NCBI GenBank assembly: GCA_048882505.1
Contig: JBHLRO010000008.1
Location: 1 to 32,000, forward strand
Length of the DNA stretch: 32,000 bases
Source: Candidatus Thorarchaeota archaeon
GTDB taxonomy: Archaea > Asgardarchaeota > Heimdallarchaeia > Hodarchaeales > Hodarchaeaceae
Reading direction: 5' to 3'
Shown: positions 9,299 to 17,969 of the stretch, in pieces
How the letters are laid out: each line of letters opens with the position of its first letter
Position numbering within the stretch: the stretch's first letter is position 1
Position numbers and translations under genes: made by a program
Notes under the pieces: model-generated
Told to the model about the DNA's origin: nothing
Seen by the model: the letters and a program-made list of their open reading frames with translations, nothing else
Database searches by the model: none

Positions 9299-10138
9299 TC
9301 AGGTAAATCTAGTAAAAACACCATGTCCGTCTCTTATGATTTGTGTTAAGTTTCCTTTTACCGTTAAATTCAGCAGGAGGATTTCGTGAAATCCAGCTTC
9401 TAGTAAATGCCTAATCTCTATCAATTTTCCTCTCATCTGGCCAGATGCATCGTCTTTTCCGAATTCTTCTTTAATCAACCTATCTAGAGAATTTCTAGAA
9501 ATCTCAGGTAGTAATTCCGCGTTTGGGTCGACCTTTGGGTCGGCTGTGAAAACTCCGTTCACATCGGACCCAAAAACTACGGTTTTAGGCTGAAAATGCT
9601 TTGTTAGATCATACAAAATTTGATCTCCCGAAAGAACACTATACCCCAACGATTTATCCGGCACCATATCCCCTGAAATTACTGGGATCATCCCCACATC
9701 TAGAAACGAACTCAAATTATTGACATTCCCATGAACTACACGCCTATCGCTCGATTGATACATACTCGAAGCGTACAATTGGATTGCGGGAACTCCATGT
9801 CTTAATAGTGCCTCCAAAAATGTTTGACGTAAACGATTAACCGCAATCTGCGCCTCTAAAAATCCCACGCGTTGTCGTAAGGTCCCATCGGTACCTGTAT
9901 GTAAATTGTATTTCAAGACAGTATAGTGACCTGGGGAGCCAACACCCGTCAGAATGATCATCTTCGGTCTTTCATGTATAAGTTCACTTATCTCTCCGGC
10001 TATGTCATCGATTGTATTAACGTTTAACTGTAAAGCTTGTTTTATATCTTCAGGATGTTGAGTTCTCAGTGCGGTGTACAGTAAAGCCTTTTTCGATAGA
10101 CACGATCCCCCGATCTTGATGATTAAATCAATCTGCAT
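9299..10138 (-). CDS. ipk: Isopentenyl phosphate kinase (amino acid kinase family)
   Basis: IIKIGGS, GVGSPGH (IPK-specific His), PVISGD, LSGDQI, SDVNGVFTADPK, DASGQMRGK; ATG at 10138 (track TTG 10147). Confidence 0.88.
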   Translation of the reverse strand: MQIDLIIKIGGSCLSKKALLYTALRTQHPEDIKQALQLNVNTIDDIAGEISELIHERPKMIILTGVGSPGHYTVLKYNLHTGTDGTLRQRVGFLEAQIAVNRLRQTFLEALLRHGVPAIQLYASSMYQSSDRRVVHGNVNNLSSFLDVGMIPVISGDMVPDKSLGYSVLSGDQILYDLTKHFQPKTVVFGSDVNGVFTADPKVDPNAELLPEISRNSLDRLIKEEFGKDDASGQMRGKLIEIRHLLEAGFHEILLLNLTVKGNLTQIIRDGHGVFTRFT

Positions 10139-10343
10139 CTGAATCAAACCTGTACATGGTTTTTTTACGCAATCAGTTACATAGGGTCATTGAAATGAAA
10201 TGAGATCGAAAAATCTCTTTCCAACGGCCAAAATTTCATAACAAGACCTATTACGGGGATGGAATAGTGTGCTACAAGACCATTCCTAAAGATCATTCAA
10301 TTAAATTACTTTTTGCCAATAAAAAATCGAATTCTCCAACAAG

Positions 10344-10351
10344 TTTATAAG
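10344..10351 (+). promoter_or_regulatory. Archaeal TATA-box candidate TTTATAAG in the divergent ipk / prenol kinase intergenic region
   Basis: Consensus-like TTTATAA with purine-rich AACAAG upstream; near-symmetric, so it could serve both directions. Confidence 0.4.
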
Positions 10352-10427
10352 GACGTTCAATAAAATTCTCTGCTTACTCCTTCTTATCATAAAAATTGGC
10401 ACGCAGAAAATCAATTTGGTGAAAATT

Positions 10428-11231
10428 ATGGCTTATATCACACTTCTACCTGACCAACCGCTAATTTGGAATTTGCTTATGGGCGCGGTTGTTATGATGG
10501 TCTACATACAAGGGACAATATTTTTGATGTCACGTCTTGTAGATGCTGGAACGCTATCCTCTGATCTTTCACGGAAGGTAATCCATATTGCCGCAGGAAG
10601 TTATATTTGGATTTGGCTTTTTATCGACACCTCCGATATACTTTCTGCCATGTTCAATATCATCGTTCCTCTTCTTTTCTTCGCTACTTTCCTCTACAAG
10701 GGCTATAATGCGACATCAGAGGATAAGGATGTGAAAACTATGACTCGGACTGGAAACCCCAAAGAATTACTAAGAGGTCCGCTCTATTTCACGATTGTGA
10801 TGATGGTTGCTGGAACAATATTTCTTGATACTTGGGTTGGGGTCTTCATGATGGCTGTTGTAGGCTGGGGTGATGGTATAGCACCGTATATTGGAAAAAA
10901 GTACGGTGGTCGAACGTATAAGACTTTCGGCCCCGAAAAAACTATTACGGGCTCCTTAAGTGTCCTTATCTTTAGTGTCGCGGGATGTTTTGTATTTTAT
11001 GTTCTTCTTGGATTAATAGGAGGATTAGGTGGTCCTTTACTTCCAGATCCTGGAATCGACCTGGTCCAAATGCTCATGGTGATAATAATTCTTGGATTGG
11101 TGGCAATGATCGTGGAAGCGTTCTCACCTGCCGATATTGATAATCTACTTTTACCAGCATCAACAATTGTCGTGATGTTCGTTTTAAATCTCCTTTTGAG
11201 CGGGACTTTCTTTACTATATTCTTCCTATAG
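10428..11231 (+). CDS. CTP-dependent phytol/farnesol (prenol) kinase, VTE5/FOLK/dolichol kinase family
   Basis: LSRKVIHI, TRTGNPKELLRGPLYF, GWGDGIAPYIGKKYG, KTITGS, DNLLLP; multiple TM helices; ATG 10428 (track TTG 10416). Confidence 0.85.
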   Translation: MAYITLLPDQPLIWNLLMGAVVMMVYIQGTIFLMSRLVDAGTLSSDLSRKVIHIAAGSYIWIWLFIDTSDILSAMFNIIVPLLFFATFLYKGYNATSEDKDVKTMTRTGNPKELLRGPLYFTIVMMVAGTIFLDTWVGVFMMAVVGWGDGIAPYIGKKYGGRTYKTFGPEKTITGSLSVLIFSVAGCFVFYVLLGLIGGLGGPLLPDPGIDLVQMLMVIIILGLVAMIVEAFSPADIDNLLLPASTIVVMFVLNLLLSGTFFTIFFL

Positions 11232-11242
11232 TTGGCATCCCG

Positions 11243-11259
11243 TTTTTTCCCTTTTTTTT
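11243..11259 (+). terminator. Oligo-T terminator after prenol kinase
   Basis: T6-CCC-T8 starting 12 nt after the stop codon. Confidence 0.55.
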
Positions 11260-11434
11260 CTTATACCAAGGTTTTCACAACTGATGAAATTTTATAATCA
11301 GTGGGGATTTTAAAGAAGACAAATCGAGACGTTGTTCCTCTCCTCTTCATCGCAAGACAAAGAGATTTTTGGAACAACCGTGATTCAATCATTGCCTTAT
11401 ACGACACAAATAAGATACTGGAAGACGGCGAATT

Positions 11435-12514
11435 ATGAATAGTAGTTCCACTAATAGCCACAATAAGATTTTTCAGGCGCTTAAAAGCTGTAAAGATATT
11501 ATTTGGCCGATTATTGAAGAATATATTAGTCCCAAACCACTTCCATCTCTCTCACCACTTCTGATGCCGGAAATCGAAGAGCTCTTCTGGAAGCAAGTTT
11601 CGGATTATCCCAGGAGAGGGGGCAAATACATAAGATCCTCTCTGATAATTCTTACGTGCGAAGCGCTGGGAGGATCGCGGGAGGAGGCAAAATATACCGC
11701 AGCCGCCATGGAGATCTGTCAAAATTGGGCTCTAATTCATGATGATGTGGAAGATGACTCCAAAAAACGAAGGGGAAAACCCGCGCTACACTACGTTTAT
11801 TCAACAAATCACGCCATTAATGCTGGTGATGGGCTGCACGTAATGATGTGGGGCCTCTTAGGAAGGAACCTCGAGGTATTAAATCCTAATATATGTAGAA
11901 TGGTCTTCCAAGAATTTTATAATATGATGTTAAGAACCGTGGTGGGTCAAGCTGCCGATTTAACGCTCCGAAATTCAACAGATTTAACGATCGATGACAT
12001 CTATTACATAATGGACGGAAAAACGGGATATTACACAATAGGCGGGCCCATGCGGCTTGGAGCAATAATCGCTGGCTATGACCCGCATGATCCAGACAAT
12101 AAAGAATTATTTAAGAACATTAATTCTTTTGCAGTAAATCTAGGAAGGGCTTTTCAAATCATTGATGATTTACTTGATTTAACTACTGATTTTGAGGGAT
12201 TAAAAGTAAAAGGTAATGATATACAAGAAGGAAAACGCTCTATACTACTTGTAAAATTATTCCAAAAAGCAACGGATAAAGACTACCAGGATATTAACAA
12301 CATTATGAAGAAAACACCTGGATCAAGAACCGAAGCAGAGATAAGAAAAATCCTTTCATTCATGGATGAATATGGAATATTTGAAGAAACACGATCAATA
12401 GCGAACGAATTAGCAAGAAAAACCCGAGAAATACTTAATAATCTTCCATTTCACAAAGAATCACTTGAATTGATGGACCTCCTGGTTCAATTCCTGGTAT
12501 CCAGAACCTATTAG
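11435..12514 (+). CDS. idsA: Short-chain trans-prenyl diphosphate synthase (GGPP synthase-like)
   Basis: GGKYIR, FARM LIHDDVEDDSKKRRGKP, GQAADL, KTGYYT, SARM FQIIDDLLD, DIQEGK. Confidence 0.92.
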   Translation: MNSSSTNSHNKIFQALKSCKDIIWPIIEEYISPKPLPSLSPLLMPEIEELFWKQVSDYPRRGGKYIRSSLIILTCEALGGSREEAKYTAAAMEICQNWALIHDDVEDDSKKRRGKPALHYVYSTNHAINAGDGLHVMMWGLLGRNLEVLNPNICRMVFQEFYNMMLRTVVGQAADLTLRNSTDLTIDDIYYIMDGKTGYYTIGGPMRLGAIIAGYDPHDPDNKELFKNINSFAVNLGRAFQIIDDLLDLTTDFEGLKVKGNDIQEGKRSILLVKLFQKATDKDYQDINNIMKKTPGSRTEAEIRKILSFMDEYGIFEETRSIANELARKTREILNNLPFHKESLELMDLLVQFLVSRTY

Positions 12515-12556
12515 AAATCACTCGGGCAATTTGGCTGGAATCGAATATCCGATGGA

Positions 12557-12580
12557 ACCTGGGGGTTTTCGCCTCCAGGT
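12557..12580. terminator. GC-rich hairpin between convergent genes
   Basis: ACCTGGGGG-TTTTCG-CCTCCAGGT: 9-bp stem with one G-U pair; no adjacent U-tract. Confidence 0.45.
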
Positions 12581-12707
12581 ACTACTTTCAAGTTGTTATG
12601 AAGGATTAATGAGGAGATTTCCTTAAAATGCGCCCAAACTTAATCTCCCGTTAAAGTTATACTCGGAATATGCGAGGTACCAGAAAAACAGAAAAGAAGT
12701 GGAGAAC

Positions 12708-15224
12708 TTAAGTTCTATCTTTTCTTCTCTTTTTTCCCAATATGACCATTGAGAATATTACCAGCGTTCCTAGCGACAGAAACAGTTCAAATCCAGGCGT
12801 CCTTCTTGGGTTCATTTCTGGGGCTAAGATTTGCGAAGCCAGCAATTGGGTCGCCAATATTTCCGTGGAAAGAAGCGATGAATAATAGTTGTAAGTGGGG
12901 AGGTCAAAGGACAGATAGTGATACGCAACAGCTTCGATTAAAACTTCAAGGGTAGCGTTCCTGTAGTTAGCTCCATCCCAGGTTCGAACGACATCAACAT
13001 ACAGGTAGGACTCACTAGAAACAGTTTGGACAAGCATGGTAATCCACGATTTCGTTGAATCGGATCCTGAATTGAAACTGTTGAAAACTTCAAGATTGAA
13101 AAGGTTTCCTCCGAGAACGTTAACATCCTGGATTGTGGCATTCCAAGACGAAGGCCCGCTGGTATAATTGCCATGTAGGATTGCGGTAATGTTGTAGATT
13201 CTGTTTTCAAGTAACCTAAGTGGTATTCCGTATAGGTGATCTGCGGCAGCGACCAAGTCGTCATTTACAGCAAAAGAAGTTGTTGCGATTATTGGATTTT
13301 TCGGAATAAAGTAACCCCCTCCAATATAAGTCCAACTATTAAATGATCCGTGTTGGACTTGCGCGACATTCGTACTCACTGTTAGCTCGGCCGAAAATGG
13401 ATCGGGGAATTGCCCAGTAGTATTTTGTGCATCATAAGGACGAATAATTAAAATCGGCTGTTCGTAATCTCGTGTTGGCAGAAAAGATGCTATGACTGAA
13501 TTATTGGAGTTCCATGCAGTCCATTGGTTAGATATATTTTGATTGCCAATCCAAGTATACCACGGACTGTAGAAATTTCTTATCATTTCGTTATATTTTC
13601 CAACCCAGCCGTATTCGTATTGAACCTGTTGATTTGGCAATTTGTGATCATTCGTTGATATATTGACGAAATTAATACGATTTCGCATCATCGGAAGTTC
13701 AAAAGCGAAAAGACTGTTTCTCGACACAGAAACGGTAGATGGGGATGAAATAGGGATTTTAGTAAACCTAAACTGGTGAGACGAAAAATAATACGTAAAT
13801 CTGATTGCATATGTCCCTGCGGGAAAATACCGCCAATTATTTCCTATATCAGTATTCGAATCCCCGAAGAGGTTACCATACTCAGGTTCAAAAAAGTTTC
13901 TGTCGGATATTTGCTCCCAGGTATTAGGCTCAGTTCCGGGTCGGTACAGGTAAAAATAGAAATAACGGGCATACCCAGGATAAGTGTAGTTCATGGCGAT
14001 CATATGAGGTGAATTTAGGGTGAAATAGTAATAGATGTAGTACCCCGGGTTTTGGAAGTTCTCGTTGAAGACCAGCTCTGCGGCATCAACAATTTCGTCT
14101 GGTGGTTTTGGCTTATTTTGATAGAAGATTGTGTATTCTCCTACTGACCAACCTTGTGCAAAAAAGACAAGTAGCGCACTTTCATTCCTAGGCGCGAAAA
14201 GCTGATATCCGTTTTGATCCAATCCTCCTCCTAAAAAGTCAGCATGTTCACTGACCAAGAATACAAAAGGTTGCCCGCTTGTAAATCCCGAAGATTCGAG
14301 CATACGAAAATTTACAAATATTTCATACAGGTTGTTTTCTATCAAAGAGATATTGAAAATCCGAATACTGAATATTTCATTTTCCGGGAATATAACGGTA
14401 TTTCCTGAGACTGTCTCACGGGTTCCCTGATTGATTTCGCCAGAATAAGTGGTATTAACATCAATTGAAGGAAGATAAGAGGGAAATTGCCAAGAATGGG
14501 CAGTAAGGGTTACTAATGAGCCTGTGTCAAGCCATAGAGTAAAGTTTAAAGGCGTTATGGAATCATTCTTTGGTATAAAGGCGTAGGTCATTTGTTTCTC
14601 AATATAGCCTATGGAATATCCTTGTCTTGGGTGCGCATCAGGAAATACAATTGTTCCTTCTGCATTCCCATCGAAGATATCAATATCTAAGTAGAAGGGC
14701 TCACTTGTATTAAGAAATCCAAAATAGTTTGTAAATCCCTCCGCCATGAACGAATAAGAGTAATCCATGTGGAGACTAATCGCCTGCGGTGCATTTGAGG
14801 TTTCAAAAATGGGATTGAAAGTGGATGGAATTCTCACAGCTCGTGGATAAGGCTCTGGTTCAAAAAGAGGATGGACTCCATATCTTAGATTATCCGTTAG
14901 CAGACTGTCGGATACAAAAGTACCCCTTTCGAGGTCAAGTGAAAACTCATTGAACTCGTTGTAGTTAGAAAAAGATGTGTATTCTGCATTTTGACTCCCA
15001 CTAATACCTCCATAAACGATATCAGCGTCCGAATAATCCTCTCCTGGGTGATTGATGTAATATAGCCAGTCATCGTACTGATCTTCAGGAACAAAAGTAT
15101 CTACCTCAAGAGGTTTAGGAAAAATAACAGGAATTTGTGCAGATATTGGTAAAACAACTAAAACAGCCAATATAAATATGAAGTGAACAGCCAAGGATAG
15201 TATTTTGTATTTACGAGCTTTCAT
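12708..15224 (-). CDS. Cell-surface glycoprotein with PGF-CTERM-like sorting signal
   Basis: N-terminal signal peptide; many N-x-S/T sequons; C-terminal TPGF + TM helix + KKRRK. Confidence 0.85.
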   Translation of the reverse strand: MKARKYKILSLAVHFIFILAVLVVLPISAQIPVIFPKPLEVDTFVPEDQYDDWLYYINHPGEDYSDADIVYGGISGSQNAEYTSFSNYNEFNEFSLDLERGTFVSDSLLTDNLRYGVHPLFEPEPYPRAVRIPSTFNPIFETSNAPQAISLHMDYSYSFMAEGFTNYFGFLNTSEPFYLDIDIFDGNAEGTIVFPDAHPRQGYSIGYIEKQMTYAFIPKNDSITPLNFTLWLDTGSLVTLTAHSWQFPSYLPSIDVNTTYSGEINQGTRETVSGNTVIFPENEIFSIRIFNISLIENNLYEIFVNFRMLESSGFTSGQPFVFLVSEHADFLGGGLDQNGYQLFAPRNESALLVFFAQGWSVGEYTIFYQNKPKPPDEIVDAAELVFNENFQNPGYYIYYYFTLNSPHMIAMNYTYPGYARYFYFYLYRPGTEPNTWEQISDRNFFEPEYGNLFGDSNTDIGNNWRYFPAGTYAIRFTYYFSSHQFRFTKIPISSPSTVSVSRNSLFAFELPMMRNRINFVNISTNDHKLPNQQVQYEYGWVGKYNEMIRNFYSPWYTWIGNQNISNQWTAWNSNNSVIASFLPTRDYEQPILIIRPYDAQNTTGQFPDPFSAELTVSTNVAQVQHGSFNSWTYIGGGYFIPKNPIIATTSFAVNDDLVAAADHLYGIPLRLLENRIYNITAILHGNYTSGPSSWNATIQDVNVLGGNLFNLEVFNSFNSGSDSTKSWITMLVQTVSSESYLYVDVVRTWDGANYRNATLEVLIEAVAYHYLSFDLPTYNYYSSLLSTEILATQLLASQILAPEMNPRRTPGFELFLSLGTLVIFSMVILGKKRRKDRT

Positions 15225-15543
15225 GAAATCATCAGCAGCATTTCTCGGTTATCTACTAGGTATAAGAACTGCAATTTTAAATAGATAATCAAATTACATG
15301 TGAACACTCGGGCTATGCATTGAGAAACATAGTCAGGGAAAAAGAAATACAAGGCCTTTACGACAAAAGAGATGAAGGGTTCCGTAAATACAAGGGGAAT
15401 GTCTACATAACATTTGGGGAATGTAGCAAGCCTTAATTGACCTCAAATAGGTATAAGTTAAGCGCGATCCAGTGTAACCAGCAAAGAGTACCAATGTACT
15501 TATGAGCTCATAGGAGGGATATCAACTACATATTATCTAAATC

Positions 15544-15798
15544 ATGAATATTTTGAACGCAAATGTGTCCAAACAGAATGGAAAAAAGGCAGACTGGGAA
15601 AATCGTAAAGAAATTTCATTCTACGACAATGTAAACAAAATGTATTAAAGGAACCTCGAAACTCACACATCCAAAGAATGGAAATTGCAAGATTTAACGG
15701 GTGAATTACCCGACGATGATAAAATCAGGAGATTTAATCGGTTCGTTAGCGATATAACGCCCTTTTTCTTTTTTTTTCAGCAGTTCCATGTATTTTAA
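15544..15798 (+). pseudogene. Possible decayed ORF with one internal TAA
   Basis: Frame from ATG 15544 is open to 15798 except for TAA at 15646-15648; no family recognised. Confidence 0.2.
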
Positions 15799-15968
15799 TT
15801 ATAATTTTAATTTACTCGTGAAATCGTAAAAGGATACTTTTAGTTTTGTAATTTTGTTTGAAAGAAACATAAATAATTATTCAATTTAATTATAATATAA
15901 ATACTATAATAAAGCTTAAATACTAGTAGAAATTATGTTTATTTGACCAACGTTTATGGAGAACAATA

Positions 15969-16208
15969 ATGTTCAATCCGATCAAAACACAGAAACGAGA
16001 TACAGTGAGTTGGACTGATAAATCTGCATTTTACAATTGTAACTGTTGTAAACTTTGTAACATTGATAGTGTTTATCCAGGTCACAGCCCCCTGATTGGA
16101 TTCACATATAGTTCCTCACAATTGGTTCACATTTCATCGTCTCCTAGCACACCTGTACGCCAATTTAGCTTAGATGTTGGTCACATCATACTCCAAAACA
16201 TAAATTGA
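15969..16208 (+). CDS. Possible small Cys-containing ORF upstream of doxX
   Basis: GGAG-like RBS; stop TGA overlaps the doxX GAGG RBS; composition not convincingly protein-like. Confidence 0.25.
   Translation: MFNPIKTQKRDTVSWTDKSAFYNCNCCKLCNIDSVYPGHSPLIGFTYSSSQLVHISSSPSTPVRQFSLDVGHIILQNIN
16031..16060. repeat. TTGTAA x3 direct repeats (9-nt period) plus palindrome TTACAATTGTAA
   Basis: TTGTAA at 16037, 16046 and 16055; TTACAA at 16031. Confidence 0.7.
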
Positions 16209-16218
16209 GGATACAACA

Positions 16219-16746
16219 ATGGCTGTTGAAAAATCTAACAAGCTTTCTGAATACTTTATAGGCTTAACTCGAATTACTATGGGAATTCTATTCCTTTGGC
16301 CGTTCTTGGACAAAATGTTCGGACTAGGCTTTACCACCGCCCCCGAAAACTCTTTCCTGGCGGGTACGTCGCCTACCAATGGATTCCTAAATTTTGCAAC
16401 AAATGAGGCTGGTCCTTTCGCATTCTTCTTCAAGGACATATTGGGTAATATGTATCAAATCGTTGACCTGGTCTATATGGCCATGCTCCTGGTAGTTGGC
16501 GTTGGATTAATACTTGGGATTCTAACCCGCGTCGGTGGCCTTTCTGGTGCTATTTTCATGGCAGCGATAATCTTGGCTGAATGGCCCGTACTTCAAGCTG
16601 GTGCTCACAACCCACTCATTGAAGAACACTGGATCTACATGTTCATTTTGCTTTTCTTGGCAGCTATTCCTTCTGGGAATTATTTGGGTTTGGGCAAAAG
16701 ATGGAGCGAGCTCTCCTTTGTGGAGAAGTTCCCAGTCTTGAAATAA
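16219..16746 (+). CDS. DoxX/DoxD family membrane protein
   Basis: FLWPFLDKMFGLGFTT and NPLIEEHWIY motifs; about 4 TM helices; GAGG RBS. Confidence 0.8.
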   Translation: MAVEKSNKLSEYFIGLTRITMGILFLWPFLDKMFGLGFTTAPENSFLAGTSPTNGFLNFATNEAGPFAFFFKDILGNMYQIVDLVYMAMLLVVGVGLILGILTRVGGLSGAIFMAAIILAEWPVLQAGAHNPLIEEHWIYMFILLFLAAIPSGNYLGLGKRWSELSFVEKFPVLK

Positions 16747-16757
16747 GCCTAAGAACC

Positions 16758-16793
16758 TTTTCCATCTTTTTTTCTTTTTTCAAACATTTTTTT
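16758..16793 (+). terminator. Oligo-T terminator after doxX
   Basis: T4, T7, T6 and T7 runs directly after the stop codon. Confidence 0.6.
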
Positions 16794-17119
16794 CGGGGAA
16801 GATTTAGGGTCAATAAAACTCCTTTTCTGGCCGTTTCGTGGCAAAATGAGAAACTTTAGCCGTTATAAAATCCCGCGTTTCGGCTTCTACGATGCTTATT
16901 AACTTTACAAGGAAGAATAATATCCAGGTCGGGGCCTTTCGCGGATTTATCCTCGCGATAATTGAACTCGAAGCCAAAAACGTAATAACACGACATTTGA
17001 TCTTAAAACCAATGCATCAGCAGAGAGCAAACCTATTACAAAAACATAATACGACATTTAGATCGTTATCTGTTCTACATTGAATAATCAGATTTCATTT
17101 CGCAGGCAAATCGAGTATA

Positions 17120-17809
17120 CTACGATTCCTCTGGTAGTGTATCCTTGTAAATCCTATATAGACAGTAGTTATCGCCATCACGAAGACATTTTTCCTTTTT
17201 CGTCTTGAAACCGGCTATCTCGTTGATCAAGGTTTGATCTACCTGACAAACCATTGGATTCTCAATCACAACGTCATATACCAGGCAATTATAGCTTTTG
17301 ATACCGTAGGATATCTCGTCTTCTATGAGTTCTGGGAATTTTCCATACTCTGTAAATGCTGCTATTATCTGGTTTAACTTCGATCGTACTGTCTCGGGTT
17401 CGTCAGGGGGAGGAAAGGCATGTTTAATTTCATCCGCAACACGCTTTCCTATGGAATCTAGAATCTCCATGGTTTCTTTTTTTCCGTGACGCTTCTCCAG
17501 TTCATCCAGTAAATAGAGGGCGAAGTCCGCATAGATTTTTGGAAAAATGCCTAAAGCACGTCCAGTCAACCGATACACCATGGCAGGTCGGCCAGTGGAC
17601 TTCTTTTTCAGTTCTGACCTGATAACATAGCTTTCCTTTTCTAAAAGGTGGAGGTATTGCCTCACCGCGTTGATACTGAGACTCATGGCATCGCATATTT
17701 CGCGGATCGTACTTGGCTGATTTTTTAGCAAATATCTGATTATTTTCTCTCGGGTGGTAATGTAGGGTTCTTGTGCAGGACTATTTGCACGCAAATCTTC
17801 AACATTCAT
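17120..17809 (-). CDS. Winged-HTH transcriptional regulator (COG2345/SufR-like) with C-terminal 4-Cys domain
   Basis: TREKIIRYL..TIREICDAMSLSINAVRQYLHLLE..GRPAMVYRLT; C-x12-C-x19-C-x7-C. Confidence 0.85.
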   Translation of the reverse strand: MNVEDLRANSPAQEPYITTREKIIRYLLKNQPSTIREICDAMSLSINAVRQYLHLLEKESYVIRSELKKKSTGRPAMVYRLTGRALGIFPKIYADFALYLLDELEKRHGKKETMEILDSIGKRVADEIKHAFPPPDEPETVRSKLNQIIAAFTEYGKFPELIEDEISYGIKSYNCLVYDVVIENPMVCQVDQTLINEIAGFKTKKEKCLRDGDNYCLYRIYKDTLPEES

Positions 17810-17953
17810 AAGGGTGCACTCGGAAGAAAGTTGATTTGAAGAGAATCAAACCTTCCGTGAAAGCTTCTGGCCTTTAACTATTTGAATTTTGTCCGTTTAC
17901 AATATAAACATATTTTGAAAGGATAGTGATGATTTTAACGAAATCTATTAATC

Positions 17954-17969
17954 TAATGTTTAAACATTA
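17954..17969. promoter_or_regulatory. Perfect 16-bp palindrome TAATGTTTAAACATTA, candidate operator
   Basis: Lies in the divergent promoter region between the HTH regulator and the 1038-aa gene, next to TTATAAA. Confidence 0.55.

Noticed and set aside
15790-15945. Replication origin
   Set aside because: No ORB/mini-ORB boxes with G-strings and no cdc6/orc1 gene in the window.
15956-16021. Selenocysteine read-through of MENNNVQSDQNTETRYSELD-TGA
   Set aside because: The TGA is immediately followed by TAA; no SECIS-like element or selenoprotein motif.
16800-17030. Hammerhead-like elements on the minus strand (CTGATG, several CGAAA)
   Set aside because: Core reads CUGAUGC rather than CUGAUGA, and the required stems could not be assembled.
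16986-17064. CRISPR array
   Set aside because: Only two imperfect, short repeats and no cas genes.
16892-17083. 63-aa ORF between doxX and the regulator
   Set aside because: No RBS or motif, lies downstream of the doxX oligo-T terminator; probably spurious.
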